Program-made: the position numbers and the translations under genes
Part shown: in pieces, positions 1 through 9,452 of the stretch
How positions within the stretch are numbered: the first letter of the stretch is position 1
Layout of the letters: each line of letters starts with the position of its first letter
Source of the DNA: Chitinophagaceae bacterium
GTDB taxonomy: Bacteria; Bacteroidota; Bacteroidia; Chitinophagales; Chitinophagaceae
Direction of reading: 5' to 3'
DNA length: 64,000 nucleotides
NCBI GenBank assembly: GCA_004173355.1
Contig: SEAD01000007.1
Coordinates: forward strand, 7,337-71,336
Notes under the pieces: generated by a model
Seen by the model: only the letters and a program-made list of their open reading frames with translations
Told to the model about the DNA's origin: nothing
Database searches by the model: none

Positions 1-331
1 CTGCCTGCAGGGGCTGGAAATAATCATCCAGCAACAACTGGGTAGATGCGGCTTCGGGTGTCCCCGCCGACCCGCGGAAGGATGCTGCTTTTGCAAAAGC
101 CTTCAGTGATTTTTTATATGCCTTGTACAGTGCCAGCACATTGCCGGTAGCGAATACCACCACTACAGGATCTTCGTAAAAATGATACAACTCGCCACCT
201 CCCGGGAATTGCGCAAGAACCCAGGGATCGAGGCTCGACGGGGGTTTGCTGTCCGTATAAAAAGTCTTCGTCTGCGATCCCGCCAAGGCAGAGGCGCTGA
301 ATTGGTAAGGCCATCTTCCAGTCCCTGCTGG
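1..331 (-). CDS. Partial coding region running off the left edge, in a different frame from the giant ORF (either its frameshifted 3' continuation or the next gene of the unit)
   Basis: Hand translation of the minus strand. The frame is open from 331 to nt 1 (in-frame TGA at 332-334) and reads ...FSASALAGSQTKTFYTDSKPPSSLDPWVLAQFPGGGELYHFYEDPVVVVFATGNVLALYKAYKKSLKAFAKAASFRGSAGTPEAASTQLLLDDYFQPLQA. Composition is natural and there is no ATG. Possible starts are TTG at 286 or GTG at 163 (TAGTG overlap with the giant-ORF stop). It is absent from the ORF track because it has no stop inside the window. Confidence 0.5.
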
Positions 332-3300
332 TCATCCCCGGATTCTTCAGTATCCCCTTCTTCCCTCAGCACTTCATACACCGAGAGGGCTTCCACCAGC
401 GCGAGGTAAAAAGAGGGCGGCTTCATATCAAATTCTTCAATGGCGACCACGAGCGGGCTTACACCTATATCTATTTTTGCTACTGCTTCCGGCAGTTTTA
501 TTGTCACTATGAATTCGGCCCATCCACGTTTTTCCAGTGCGCGGAAGTATTGCCTGGCCAGGAATACATCATCCCACCACGGGCCATTCTGGTCGGTCCA
601 TGGTGCAGGTACAGGATGCAGCTCATCGACCATCGTAAAAGAGGCCGATACGGTCACTTCAGTGCCTTTGCTGTTGAACGCCCTGAAGCGTAACAATCCT
701 TTATCCACCATTTTGATCCGGGCATAAACAAGCAGCCTGGCTTCACCGGTAAACGGACCACCGGAGAGACGGATCACATCGCGCAGCTGTTCTTTCAGCT
801 GGGCCTCCAGCTGGCTGAGTGGTTCTGCAAAAGGACTGTCCGTCAGTGCCGCTGTATTCACCGGCCGCTCGTAAGGTGCCTGCAATACTTTTGCCGCACA
901 GAGCTGCTGTCTTGCAGCGATTGACCGGCCGAGGATTTCCCTTACCGGAACTACCGGCGTAAACCCTTCCGGTGAATCATCCTCCGGCAGCACCCGTTCC
1001 CGTGCACGCGTCAGCAGCTCGTCGTGCAGGATAAAATGATCGGGCAGCGGACGGCGTGGCGGGCGCGGGCATGCCGCTGAAATTCCCGTCACTACTGCAT
1101 CTGACGTACCCAGTAATGCATCCACAAACGTACCCGTACGCCAGGTCTCCCTTACTTTCAGTTGAATGTCGGGTTCCGACGAACGGTGGGAGCCCGGCTG
1201 GTCCGGCCATACCTCCCCTTTCAGCAGCCATCCTTCGGCAGAAGAACCGAGCAGGCTGTACCGGAACGACCAGAGCACGGGGGCTGCTTTGGCAACGGGC
1301 GTACAGATACCTCCCCACCGGCCATCCACAACATTGTCCAGTTCCGGCCCCTGCACCATCGCACGGTCGATATTTGTCGGCTTCCAGTCGAGCAACGCAA
1401 GTTCAACCGGCAGGCCATCACCACCCGGCTGTTGTGCAGGATGACGCCAGGTATAAGGACGTTCGGTACCGATGACCGCTGCTGTTCCGGCAGGTACTGC
1501 TTGTCCGTTCACGGCTACCAGTTTAAGCGTGACGCTTCCAAGTGTATAACGGAGATAATTCTGCCCGCGTTTTTGCCAGCCACCGAAACCAGCAGGCAAT
1601 CCGGAAGAAAGGGTACCATCAATTGCAGAAGACGCAACCACCTCGGGTGCCACTTCCATTTGTATCAGCGGGATGGAATCGATCGGTACATAAGTATCTG
1701 CCAGGATCACCGTATCGCCGTTCCGTACTTCTGTCGAAGGCACCGAACCGTCGCTTGTACCATGGCAGAGGATATTGTCGATTCCCCTGTCCACGCCGCT
1801 GCCATCGAGCAAGGCATATGACCGGCTTTGCAGCAACAGCTCTTTGAAAAGTGGCGGTGCGTCCGGCACATCGGGTTTATTGCCGATGCTGAACTTCACA
1901 CAACCTTTCACCGAGAAGAAGAAGAAATCCACCCTGCCGCAAACCTCACCTTTGATTCTTGTCCTGATTCCGTTTGAAAGGAATTCGAGTTTGCCATGTG
2001 CTTCGATACTGATAATGAACAGGCGCAATTCACCTTCGAGGTAGACCCGGCCGGCAAAGAACAGCGGCTGGAATCCGATGCCCACATCAAAGCCTGCGGC
2101 TACTTTCAGGTAGAGACCGACACTGGTATTTCCCCAGATGAACGAAACCCTGAAACCCGTTGCCACGGATAAACCCTGCAGCGCACCCAATGGGAAATCC
2201 GGAATACCATCACCATGCAGCATAAAGTAAGCCGTACCATCAAACAGCTGGAGGATTCTGGCCGTTGCTGGCCGCGCAATGGTACCGGCATCCACATAGA
2301 AATGACTGATATCATCCATGAAGAAACCGGCTTCGACAGGTATTTTAAGATCCAGTACTTTGTCGATTTTGTAGGCGAATTCAATTCCGATCAGGATCCT
2401 TGCCGGACTGATATCCACCACTGCCATCAGTTTGCCGGTAGGCACGGCTTTGGTTTCCGGTTTTTTGGTCAGGATATCTGCTTTCACAAACAGCAGTACC
2501 CGCGGACCAGGCAGTTCAAGCGCAAGCATTCCCTTGATGTTGAGGATGGTCGCACCCTCGATAGTACCCGCCACCACACCAAGGCCAAATGCCCATTTAT
2601 CAAGCGCAGGATCCCAGCCCGTTACTTTGGTAGGATCACCCTGCACCCTGTTCACCAGCCAGTCGAGTGCCGGGTTCCGGGCCCCTGCTGTTTCGTTGCG
2701 CCGGTGATGCATGGCAAACAGTCCCAGGAATCCGAATATCGCAAGACCTGTCCCGCCCATCGGAATACCGGAGGGGTATTCCACCGTGATGGCCACAAAG
2801 GTGGCCATTGCCGAACGATCGCCTTCTGTCACCGACCGGATGGCGAGTGAACCCGCAATGCGGAGACCGATTGAAGGAAGCAGCACATCCAGCTGTCCGG
2901 CGAAACCATTTTCTTTTATTTCGAGATACCCTTTCCCATTGAGGACTCCCTCCACATTCACACCCACGCCCAGGGCGGTAATGGTTGGCACCCCCAGCGG
3001 ATCGACGGGTACGCGGAACGAAAATTTGTCAATGGAAAACACCCCGAGATCGGCGGCCATTCCGAGATCAACTTCCACATTCAGGGGATTGGTCCGCGCA
3101 ATGCGCGCACCGAGAACCTGTATGATATCACCAAACTTATCTCCCAGCGCGGGTAATACTTTGAGTGAACCGGAATCAGCGAGATCAATTGTATAACCTT
3201 TCGAAGGGTCGAACACGACGTGCAGGGAATCCAATCCGGACGAATCAAACCCAAACCCGATTGCCTTGTAGCGCAGCTTGACCGGTTTGTGCGGCTGGTT

Positions 3301-6066
3301 CGTAACCAGTACGAGGCCGCCGATCTTGAAGTTCAGCCAGAGTGCCACTTCCATATCCACCAGCACGGAAGCACTGTAATCCCCGTCATTGTGCTGCACC
3401 AGTAATTCAACTCCATAATGGGTAATCTGCAGCACATGCGCAAGCCCGAGCACCGTTACCCCCACGGGAATACCCAGGTTTACCGCGATCGCCTCCACGC
3501 GTCCGCGTTCGGCACGTTCGGCAGGTGTGCCCGCGAGCAGCGGTGCCAGTGTAAAAAACAATCCTGCAATATCCCGCCAGGGATCTGTTTCGGGTTCAAT
3601 CGTACCACTGATGATGGTGGGTAGTTCACCCCACTGCCACAGCCCGTCTAGATCTGTATCCGCTGCCTTTGCCGACAGGAATTCCGAATACTCACCCGTT
3701 GATTTATCCCTTGAAATAGCCAGCCGGAATTCCACAACCCCGTCGTCGGGATTGGGCGGCCCCTGTGGCAGGCGCATCTGTTCCTCAAAACTCGACGTGG
3801 CCGCCTGCTCATCAATGGCCGTCCTGAATTTTTCGAGACCCTCTTCATGCGCGGTTTTGTAATCGATGGTCATCCGCACTTCAGCGGCTACAGGGAACCA
3901 TTCTTTTTCAAAACGAACGGTAAGCCCCAGCTGCCGGAGCCAGTCCGGCTGCCGGGTTGCCGGTGCAATATCGACCTTTGGTGTTTCGGTTGCCGGTGGC
4001 CGGGACAGGGTGGCTGACCAGTTTTGTGGCTCGACCGGCGTTTCGAAAAATGAAACGACCGCAATTTCAAACTCGCTGTGCCTGTACCCCGGTTTACCAA
4101 TCCATTGTGTCGAAGGCTGATTCCCTTTTACGTGGCCGGTTGTCAACTGCTGGTCAATTGCTGCGCCGTAGGCAGTCCGGTCATTTCCCCAGTGTGCTTC
4201 CCCGACGGCGGGTCTCAATTCCAAGGGCAACTGGCTTTTAACCAGATTCGCAACGTGCGCCGCGCGTCTTTTCGACAAATCATCATTGTATTTTGTGTCC
4301 CGATCGGTTTCCTTTGTCTGGCTGGCGTAACCATCCACCCTGATTCTTTTACCTGTGTCGGGTGATTCTTTGAATCGTTTTACCAGCAGGCTGAAATTGT
4401 CGCCGGGTACTACATGACCTGGCGTATCATCGTCAACAGGATAACGTGTTTTAAAACGCACTGTGCTTTGCATGACCGGATCGAGTGAACTACCTGGCCA
4501 ATCCACGCTGATGGATGCCGTCCCCCCATTGTCGACAGGCGCCCGGAACTGGCCATTGGCAAGGGTTACCGGGGAGCCGTTCACCTTCACAACCGTGTTT
4601 TCGTCAGCACCTGAAACGAAAAACAGTTCATCCTGCTTTTTGTCCTGCCGCACTGAGAGTCCGGGCCGCAGTGATCCTCCGGTAAACACCAGGCTGGCCT
4701 GCGGGGTTTTCGCTGGCGTGTCCGATGCCGTTTCAACCGTCGCTACACCGGATGGGCGGATATCCACCACCAGTATTTTGCGTTGCAGGGGATTGCGGCT
4801 TGTAACCCGGATGACCAGTCGCTGGTCAATAGTCGACAGTCGCTTCTGCTGTGTGATGGTAATGTCCTGTGGTGAGTTGGCTGTATTGGTGAAGAACGCA
4901 TCATCATATGTTTCCGAAGCTGTATCCGGACGCGGCTTACTGACCGCAATGATACTGAATGGCGCTGCCCCTGAAGAAATTTCAACGGCTGCAAAATATT
5001 CTTCAAAGTCCTCCGACGGAGGCAATTCAATGGAATGATAAACTGCTTTGATATCCTGCCGGTTGATGATTTCCCTGGGAGTAAACGGTTTGCGCTTTTT
5101 ATTGTAAAACCGCACCGACGCTTTCAGTTCTTCACCCAGGAAATCGATATCGGCACTGATATCACCCCAGATGCCATTGGTCGGTGCAAAACCAATCATC
5201 AGTTCTTTTGCCATTACATTAAAAGCCACGCCGGCCGACTTCTGTGTGGATGCAAAAAACAATGCTTCCGGCAGGTAGATCCCTTTCCAGTCGTCGCCCA
5301 GTCCGAATTTCTCCAGCAGATCCGGCGGGGTGGAGTCTGCCGACAGGTCAAGGATTCCCTTACGATACCCGAACCCAAACTGCTCACCGGGAAACAGGGC
5401 ATACGCGGGTGTCATTTCCGGCAGGTAGTTGACATCGTCATCCGACTGGTCGAATGAATCGACGAATGTGCTGAAACCGGAATCCACCGTTGTTTCTTCG
5501 GCAGAGTCCTGCGTGATGGTGATCAGGAAATCGGGGATTGAAATCCGGACTGTCCGGTTGTCCGGATCCGGCACCAGCAGGTGCCCCTGCAGTTTTGCAC
5601 CGATCAGGGTGGGGAAACTGGCAGATACATCCCCCATCAGATCGAGCCTGAAACGGGTATTGGGATAGTCGGAGCGGTCGCCGCCCGTGTTCAGGGCTTC
5701 CAGCACTTTTACCAGTTCCGGTTTGCCGGGAAAGGTAACCGACAGGCCCGAAACATCAAGTGCCCCCGCGGCCTCGCGGGCAATGCTCAGCCGGAACTTC
5801 AGCAGGATATCATGCACATCAAACTTCACCCACTGATCAAACGGCGTATCGGGTGAATTGCCTCCGCCCGCCGAAGGAGAATAAAAAGGCGATTCATTGT
5901 CCGTACTGTCGATCCGTGCAATGCCGGAGATGAGCACCGCCTCTTCGTCCCATGCGGTATCGTATTCATCAACATGCAATTTTGAAAGGAGCTCCTGCAG
6001 CCCCGCACCGGCATCAAAACCGGCGAAGAAATAAGGTCTGATCAGGTCGATTATACCAACAGCCAT
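163..6066 (-). CDS. Giant hypothetical protein (1967 aa) with an internal OmpA/MotB-like peptidoglycan-binding core; function unknown
   Basis: Uninterrupted 5.9 kb ORF with ATG at 6064-6066. No signal peptide (MAVGIIDLIRPYFFAGFD...). OmpA-like motif VDGYASQTKETDRDTKYNDDLSKRRAAHVANLV...HSEFEIAVV at residues ~577-675 (nt ~4042-4338). Short hydrophobic stretches lie further downstream. The last ~45 codons (nt 163-300) are Arg-rich and look non-native, so the 3' end is uncertain. Confidence 0.85.
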   Translation of the reverse strand: MAVGIIDLIRPYFFAGFDAGAGLQELLSKLHVDEYDTAWDEEAVLISGIARIDSTDNESPFYSPSAGGGNSPDTPFDQWVKFDVHDILLKFRLSIAREAAGALDVSGLSVTFPGKPELVKVLEALNTGGDRSDYPNTRFRLDLMGDVSASFPTLIGAKLQGHLLVPDPDNRTVRISIPDFLITITQDSAEETTVDSGFSTFVDSFDQSDDDVNYLPEMTPAYALFPGEQFGFGYRKGILDLSADSTPPDLLEKFGLGDDWKGIYLPEALFFASTQKSAGVAFNVMAKELMIGFAPTNGIWGDISADIDFLGEELKASVRFYNKKRKPFTPREIINRQDIKAVYHSIELPPSEDFEEYFAAVEISSGAAPFSIIAVSKPRPDTASETYDDAFFTNTANSPQDITITQQKRLSTIDQRLVIRVTSRNPLQRKILVVDIRPSGVATVETASDTPAKTPQASLVFTGGSLRPGLSVRQDKKQDELFFVSGADENTVVKVNGSPVTLANGQFRAPVDNGGTASISVDWPGSSLDPVMQSTVRFKTRYPVDDDTPGHVVPGDNFSLLVKRFKESPDTGKRIRVDGYASQTKETDRDTKYNDDLSKRRAAHVANLVKSQLPLELRPAVGEAHWGNDRTAYGAAIDQQLTTGHVKGNQPSTQWIGKPGYRHSEFEIAVVSFFETPVEPQNWSATLSRPPATETPKVDIAPATRQPDWLRQLGLTVRFEKEWFPVAAEVRMTIDYKTAHEEGLEKFRTAIDEQAATSSFEEQMRLPQGPPNPDDGVVEFRLAISRDKSTGEYSEFLSAKAADTDLDGLWQWGELPTIISGTIEPETDPWRDIAGLFFTLAPLLAGTPAERAERGRVEAIAVNLGIPVGVTVLGLAHVLQITHYGVELLVQHNDGDYSASVLVDMEVALWLNFKIGGLVLVTNQPHKPVKLRYKAIGFGFDSSGLDSLHVVFDPSKGYTIDLADSGSLKVLPALGDKFGDIIQVLGARIARTNPLNVEVDLGMAADLGVFSIDKFSFRVPVDPLGVPTITALGVGVNVEGVLNGKGYLEIKENGFAGQLDVLLPSIGLRIAGSLAIRSVTEGDRSAMATFVAITVEYPSGIPMGGTGLAIFGFLGLFAMHHRRNETAGARNPALDWLVNRVQGDPTKVTGWDPALDKWAFGLGVVAGTIEGATILNIKGMLALELPGPRVLLFVKADILTKKPETKAVPTGKLMAVVDISPARILIGIEFAYKIDKVLDLKIPVEAGFFMDDISHFYVDAGTIARPATARILQLFDGTAYFMLHGDGIPDFPLGALQGLSVATGFRVSFIWGNTSVGLYLKVAAGFDVGIGFQPLFFAGRVYLEGELRLFIISIEAHGKLEFLSNGIRTRIKGEVCGRVDFFFFSVKGCVKFSIGNKPDVPDAPPLFKELLLQSRSYALLDGSGVDRGIDNILCHGTSDGSVPSTEVRNGDTVILADTYVPIDSIPLIQMEVAPEVVASSAIDGTLSSGLPAGFGGWQKRGQNYLRYTLGSVTLKLVAVNGQAVPAGTAAVIGTERPYTWRHPAQQPGGDGLPVELALLDWKPTNIDRAMVQGPELDNVVDGRWGGICTPVAKAAPVLWSFRYSLLGSSAEGWLLKGEVWPDQPGSHRSSEPDIQLKVRETWRTGTFVDALLGTSDAVVTGISAACPRPPRRPLPDHFILHDELLTRARERVLPEDDSPEGFTPVVPVREILGRSIAARQQLCAAKVLQAPYERPVNTAALTDSPFAEPLSQLEAQLKEQLRDVIRLSGGPFTGEARLLVYARIKMVDKGLLRFRAFNSKGTEVTVSASFTMVDELHPVPAPWTDQNGPWWDDVFLARQYFRALEKRGWAEFIVTIKLPEAVAKIDIGVSPLVVAIEEFDMKPPSFYLALVEALSVYEVLREEGDTEESGDDQQGLEDGLTNSAPLPWRDRRRRLFIRTANPRRASIPGFLRNSREVASCIIFTKIL

Positions 6067-6258
6067 GCTTTGTATTATTTAATAAATACAGGAACAGTTT
6101 GCGATTGGATAAAAGGAATAAAATATGAGGCTCCGGCACTCTGCGGGCATTAATCAGAACTGGAAAAATTTGCTACAAGTGAAGGTGGGTATGGGTTCGG
6201 TGGGATGGTTAAGGTAGATATTTAATTTAACCTGCCAAAAAATGTGCATAACTCGGCT

Positions 6259-6909
6259 TCATTGATCCTTCTTCCGGATCTGCCGGACCATGAGCGACCA
6301 GCATATCCGGCAGATCCAGAAGAGGAAGGAGCCAAAGGTAAGTTTCTGCAAAACGGGAAGCAATCCGATCAATGCCGGGTTGTAGTAAAAATAGTTGTTG
6401 AGCATGACCAGTGCGAGGTTTGCCATACCCATCCAGAAGGCAATCAGGAGGCCCGAACGATAAAGGCCGGCCAACAAACCCGCGGAAGCAATTACCCCGA
6501 GACCCGACGCAATCATGGTAGCGGTATCATGTACCCCACTGAAAAGAAGCAGGCCCGTCAGCATAGATAACACGCCAGTGATACGGACCAGGCTGCGCAC
6601 ACGATTGGAAATGGAAAGCTGGCCTGGTACCACCATCCAGAAGCAGATCATTGTTGCGGCAAGCACCAGCATACCTGCCATCGCGGCAACCACTCCCGGG
6701 TTTGGCGTTCCATTGATCGATGTCTCTGCCAGCAGGTTGCACCAGTAATTGTGACGCCAGCTGAACCGGGTCGCGTGTGGAAAGGCCTGCGAACCGCCGC
6801 CATACTGAATGGCAGCAACCAGGTAGTCCAGCACAAAGATCACGGTGCCGATCAGTGGGAATGCCAGGGCATTGAGGGTCCGTTCGTTTTTTTTACCGGT
6901 GCTGGTCAC
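6259..6909 (-). CDS. Polytopic integral membrane protein, unknown function
   Basis: 216-aa ORF with about 6 hydrophobic helices (e.g. AFPLIGTVIFVLDYLVAAI, VVAAMAGMLVLAATMICFWMVV, LLIAFWMGMANLALVML). Apparent GTG start at 6909. Lies 32 nt downstream of the FtsX permease gene on the same strand. Confidence 0.7.
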   Translation of the reverse strand: MTSTGKKNERTLNALAFPLIGTVIFVLDYLVAAIQYGGGSQAFPHATRFSWRHNYWCNLLAETSINGTPNPGVVAAMAGMLVLAATMICFWMVVPGQLSISNRVRSLVRITGVLSMLTGLLLFSGVHDTATMIASGLGVIASAGLLAGLYRSGLLIAFWMGMANLALVMLNNYFYYNPALIGLLPVLQKLTFGSFLFWICRICWSLMVRQIRKKDQ

Positions 6910-6941
6910 TATTCAATATACGGCTTTCCGCTCGTTGGCTT

Positions 6942-9314
6942 TTATTCGCTCCGCAGGCTCCTGACCGGATTCATCAATGCGGCGCGGATGGCCTTGAAAC
7001 TGACCGTGGCAATGGCGATAAAAAAGATTACAAAAGCAGAAAGCGCAAACACCGTCCAGTTGACCGGGGTACGGTATGCAAAATTCTGCAACCAGCGGTC
7101 CATAGCATACCAGGCTACCGGGAGCGAAAGCGCGGTAGCGATGATAACGGGCTTGAGCAGGTCGCGGGACAGGAGCAATACAATATTTGAAGTAGTGGAT
7201 CCGAGCACTTTCCGTACACCTATTTCCTTCATACGTTTATTGGCGGTAAAGGAGGCGAGTCCGAACAAACCGAGACAGGCAATAAAGATGGCCAGGCCCG
7301 AGAAGATGCTGAGGATTTTCTGTTGCCGCACATCCGCCTGGTACACCTCATCAAACTGCTGGTCGAGAAAATGGTAATCCAGCGGATAGGATGGTGCAGC
7401 CTTTTCGTATGCTGCCCTGATCAGGGGCAGCGCGGCATTCACCGATCCGGGGCGGAGTTTGATAGCTACCACGCGCATGTCATCACTTGGCGATATGACC
7501 AGCGCATCCATATTTTCTTTCAGGGAAAGGAAATTAAAATCTTCCACCACACCAACGATCCGCCGCTGGAGCGAGTCACGCATCGAATTGCTGATCTGTT
7601 TTCCAATTGCCTCAGCCGGGGTAAAACCCAGACGGGAGGCCGCTGTACGGTTGACCAGCACTGCCTCCAGGGTATCGGTAGAAAAGTCGGATGAAAAATC
7701 ACGGCCCGCAATGATTTTCAGGCCATAGGTTTTTACATAACTGAAATCCCCGAATGAAGTCCTTGCCTTGAACACATCCTGCTGCCCCTCTGCCTGGAAG
7801 GTATGCATGTCAAAATATCCACCGGGTTCACCCGATGACATGGAAACCGATGTCACGGAGGGCAATGCCAGCAGCTCATTGCGAAAGCTGTAGCGGTTAT
7901 CATAGAGATTATTGTTATCGATTTTTACCAGCACGGTGTGTTCCTTGTCGTATCCCAGTGATTTGCTTTTCACATAATCCATCTGTTTCATGATCACGAT
8001 CGTGCCCGTCACAAGGATCACGGAGATGCAGAACTGAACCACTACAAGCCCCTGCCGCAGCGTTGCGCCTGCCCTGCCCAGTTTGAGTTTTCCTTTCAAT
8101 GCCTGGATGGGGGAAAAAGCCGACAACACGAATGCAGGATAACTGCCCGCAAGGAAACCGACTACCAGGATGACACCCGCAAGGAAACCATAAACCGGCC
8201 AGCTCTGCCAGCCCACCTGCAGTTGAAAGCCCAGCAACTGGTTGTACATCGGCAGGAGCAGTACCAGTAAGCCGACTGCCAGCACACAGGACACCAGTGT
8301 GAGCAGGATGGATTCGCCGATAAACTGCCACACAAGGTGGTTGCGGAGTGCACCCATCACTTTCCGTAAGCCAACTTCCTTGCTGCGCTCGAGTGCGCGG
8401 ATGGTGGACAGGTTCATGAAATTGATACAGGCAATCACCAGGATCAGGATGGCAATAGACACAAATATGAACACGATGGTTTTGTCACCATGCCGCACCG
8501 AATCAAACGTTGAATGCGGTTCGAAATAAATATCTTCCATAGGACGGATATTGAGACCGAATTTGAGACCGGTCTTTGCCTGAAGGTCGCTCAGGTGTTT
8601 GTCGATAAACCTGGGGAAACCCGCTTTGAGCCTGCCCGCGCTCGCTGCATCGGCGAGTCTGACGTAGGTAAAGGAATTATTGTTGATCCAGAGCGAAGCC
8701 CAGGACTCATTCTGGTAAATAGAGGCCGGTATCACCACTTCAAAATCAAGCGTTGAATTTACCGGTACATCCTGTGCGATACCGGTAACGCGAAACTGAC
8801 GCTCCTTGTCCACCTGCACCACCTGCCCCATCGGGTCTTTATCGCCGAAATATTTTTTCGCCGTCTTTTGCGTCAGCACTATTCCGGAGGGATCTTTTAA
8901 TACAGTGGCCGGATCCCCTTTCAGCAGCGGAAATGAAAACAGGGTAAAGAATCCCTCATCGGCTACAAAGAGTTTCTTTTCATCAAAAGATGATTTGTCA
9001 GCCAGCGTCACCAGGCCGTTGGTGGACATCACCCGTACAGTCTGTTTTATTTCCCCGGGAAAATCAACCGCCAGTGCCGGAGCATACGGAAAGGAGAGAT
9101 AGGGAATCTCATCCTTTTCACCGAACACCCGCATCACACGATAGATGTCTTTCCGTTCCTTGTGGAATTTATCCACGCTGAACTCATTCATGATAAACAG
9201 GAAAATCATCAGGCACACGGTGATGCCGATGGTTAAACCGAGTACATTGATCAGCGAAAAAACCTTGTTCTTGGTAAGGTTACGCCAGCCGATTTTCAGG
9301 TAATTCCTGATCAT
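6942..9314 (-). CDS. ABC-transporter permease, FtsX/MacB family (double FtsX-domain, ~800 aa Bacteroidota type)
   Basis: N-terminus MIRNYLKIGWRNLTKNKVFSLINVLGLTIGI is typical of MacB-like permeases. There are two TM clusters, each followed by KEIGVRKVLG/KEVGLRKVMG FtsX signatures. ATG at 9314. No ATPase gene is adjacent. Confidence 0.9.
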   Translation of the reverse strand: MIRNYLKIGWRNLTKNKVFSLINVLGLTIGITVCLMIFLFIMNEFSVDKFHKERKDIYRVMRVFGEKDEIPYLSFPYAPALAVDFPGEIKQTVRVMSTNGLVTLADKSSFDEKKLFVADEGFFTLFSFPLLKGDPATVLKDPSGIVLTQKTAKKYFGDKDPMGQVVQVDKERQFRVTGIAQDVPVNSTLDFEVVIPASIYQNESWASLWINNNSFTYVRLADAASAGRLKAGFPRFIDKHLSDLQAKTGLKFGLNIRPMEDIYFEPHSTFDSVRHGDKTIVFIFVSIAILILVIACINFMNLSTIRALERSKEVGLRKVMGALRNHLVWQFIGESILLTLVSCVLAVGLLVLLLPMYNQLLGFQLQVGWQSWPVYGFLAGVILVVGFLAGSYPAFVLSAFSPIQALKGKLKLGRAGATLRQGLVVVQFCISVILVTGTIVIMKQMDYVKSKSLGYDKEHTVLVKIDNNNLYDNRYSFRNELLALPSVTSVSMSSGEPGGYFDMHTFQAEGQQDVFKARTSFGDFSYVKTYGLKIIAGRDFSSDFSTDTLEAVLVNRTAASRLGFTPAEAIGKQISNSMRDSLQRRIVGVVEDFNFLSLKENMDALVISPSDDMRVVAIKLRPGSVNAALPLIRAAYEKAAPSYPLDYHFLDQQFDEVYQADVRQQKILSIFSGLAIFIACLGLFGLASFTANKRMKEIGVRKVLGSTTSNIVLLLSRDLLKPVIIATALSLPVAWYAMDRWLQNFAYRTPVNWTVFALSAFVIFFIAIATVSFKAIRAALMNPVRSLRSE

Positions 9315-9452
9315 GGGGAAGTCTTTGGTTTAAAATAATACCATGCTCTTTGGAAACACAGTGCCAAAGCACGCCATGCAGCAGCTTAACGTTTAATACA
9401 TTAAATATAATTACCATTGTTCGGAAGCGATACAGGAGACGTCCGCTTCTGT

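Noticed and set aside
114-335. 73-aa minus-strand ORF in the ORF track at the left edge
   Set aside because: This is the third frame of a region where two other frames already compete. The sequence is Cys/Arg/Gly-rich and not protein-like.
163-6066. Calling the giant ORF an Rhs/YD toxin, RTX adhesin, contractile-injection or T6SS component
   Set aside because: None of the defining motifs are visible: no YD repeats, GGxGxD nonapeptides, PAAR, gp25/gp27-like or sheath/tube signatures. No such genes lie on its visible side. Any such label would be a guess.
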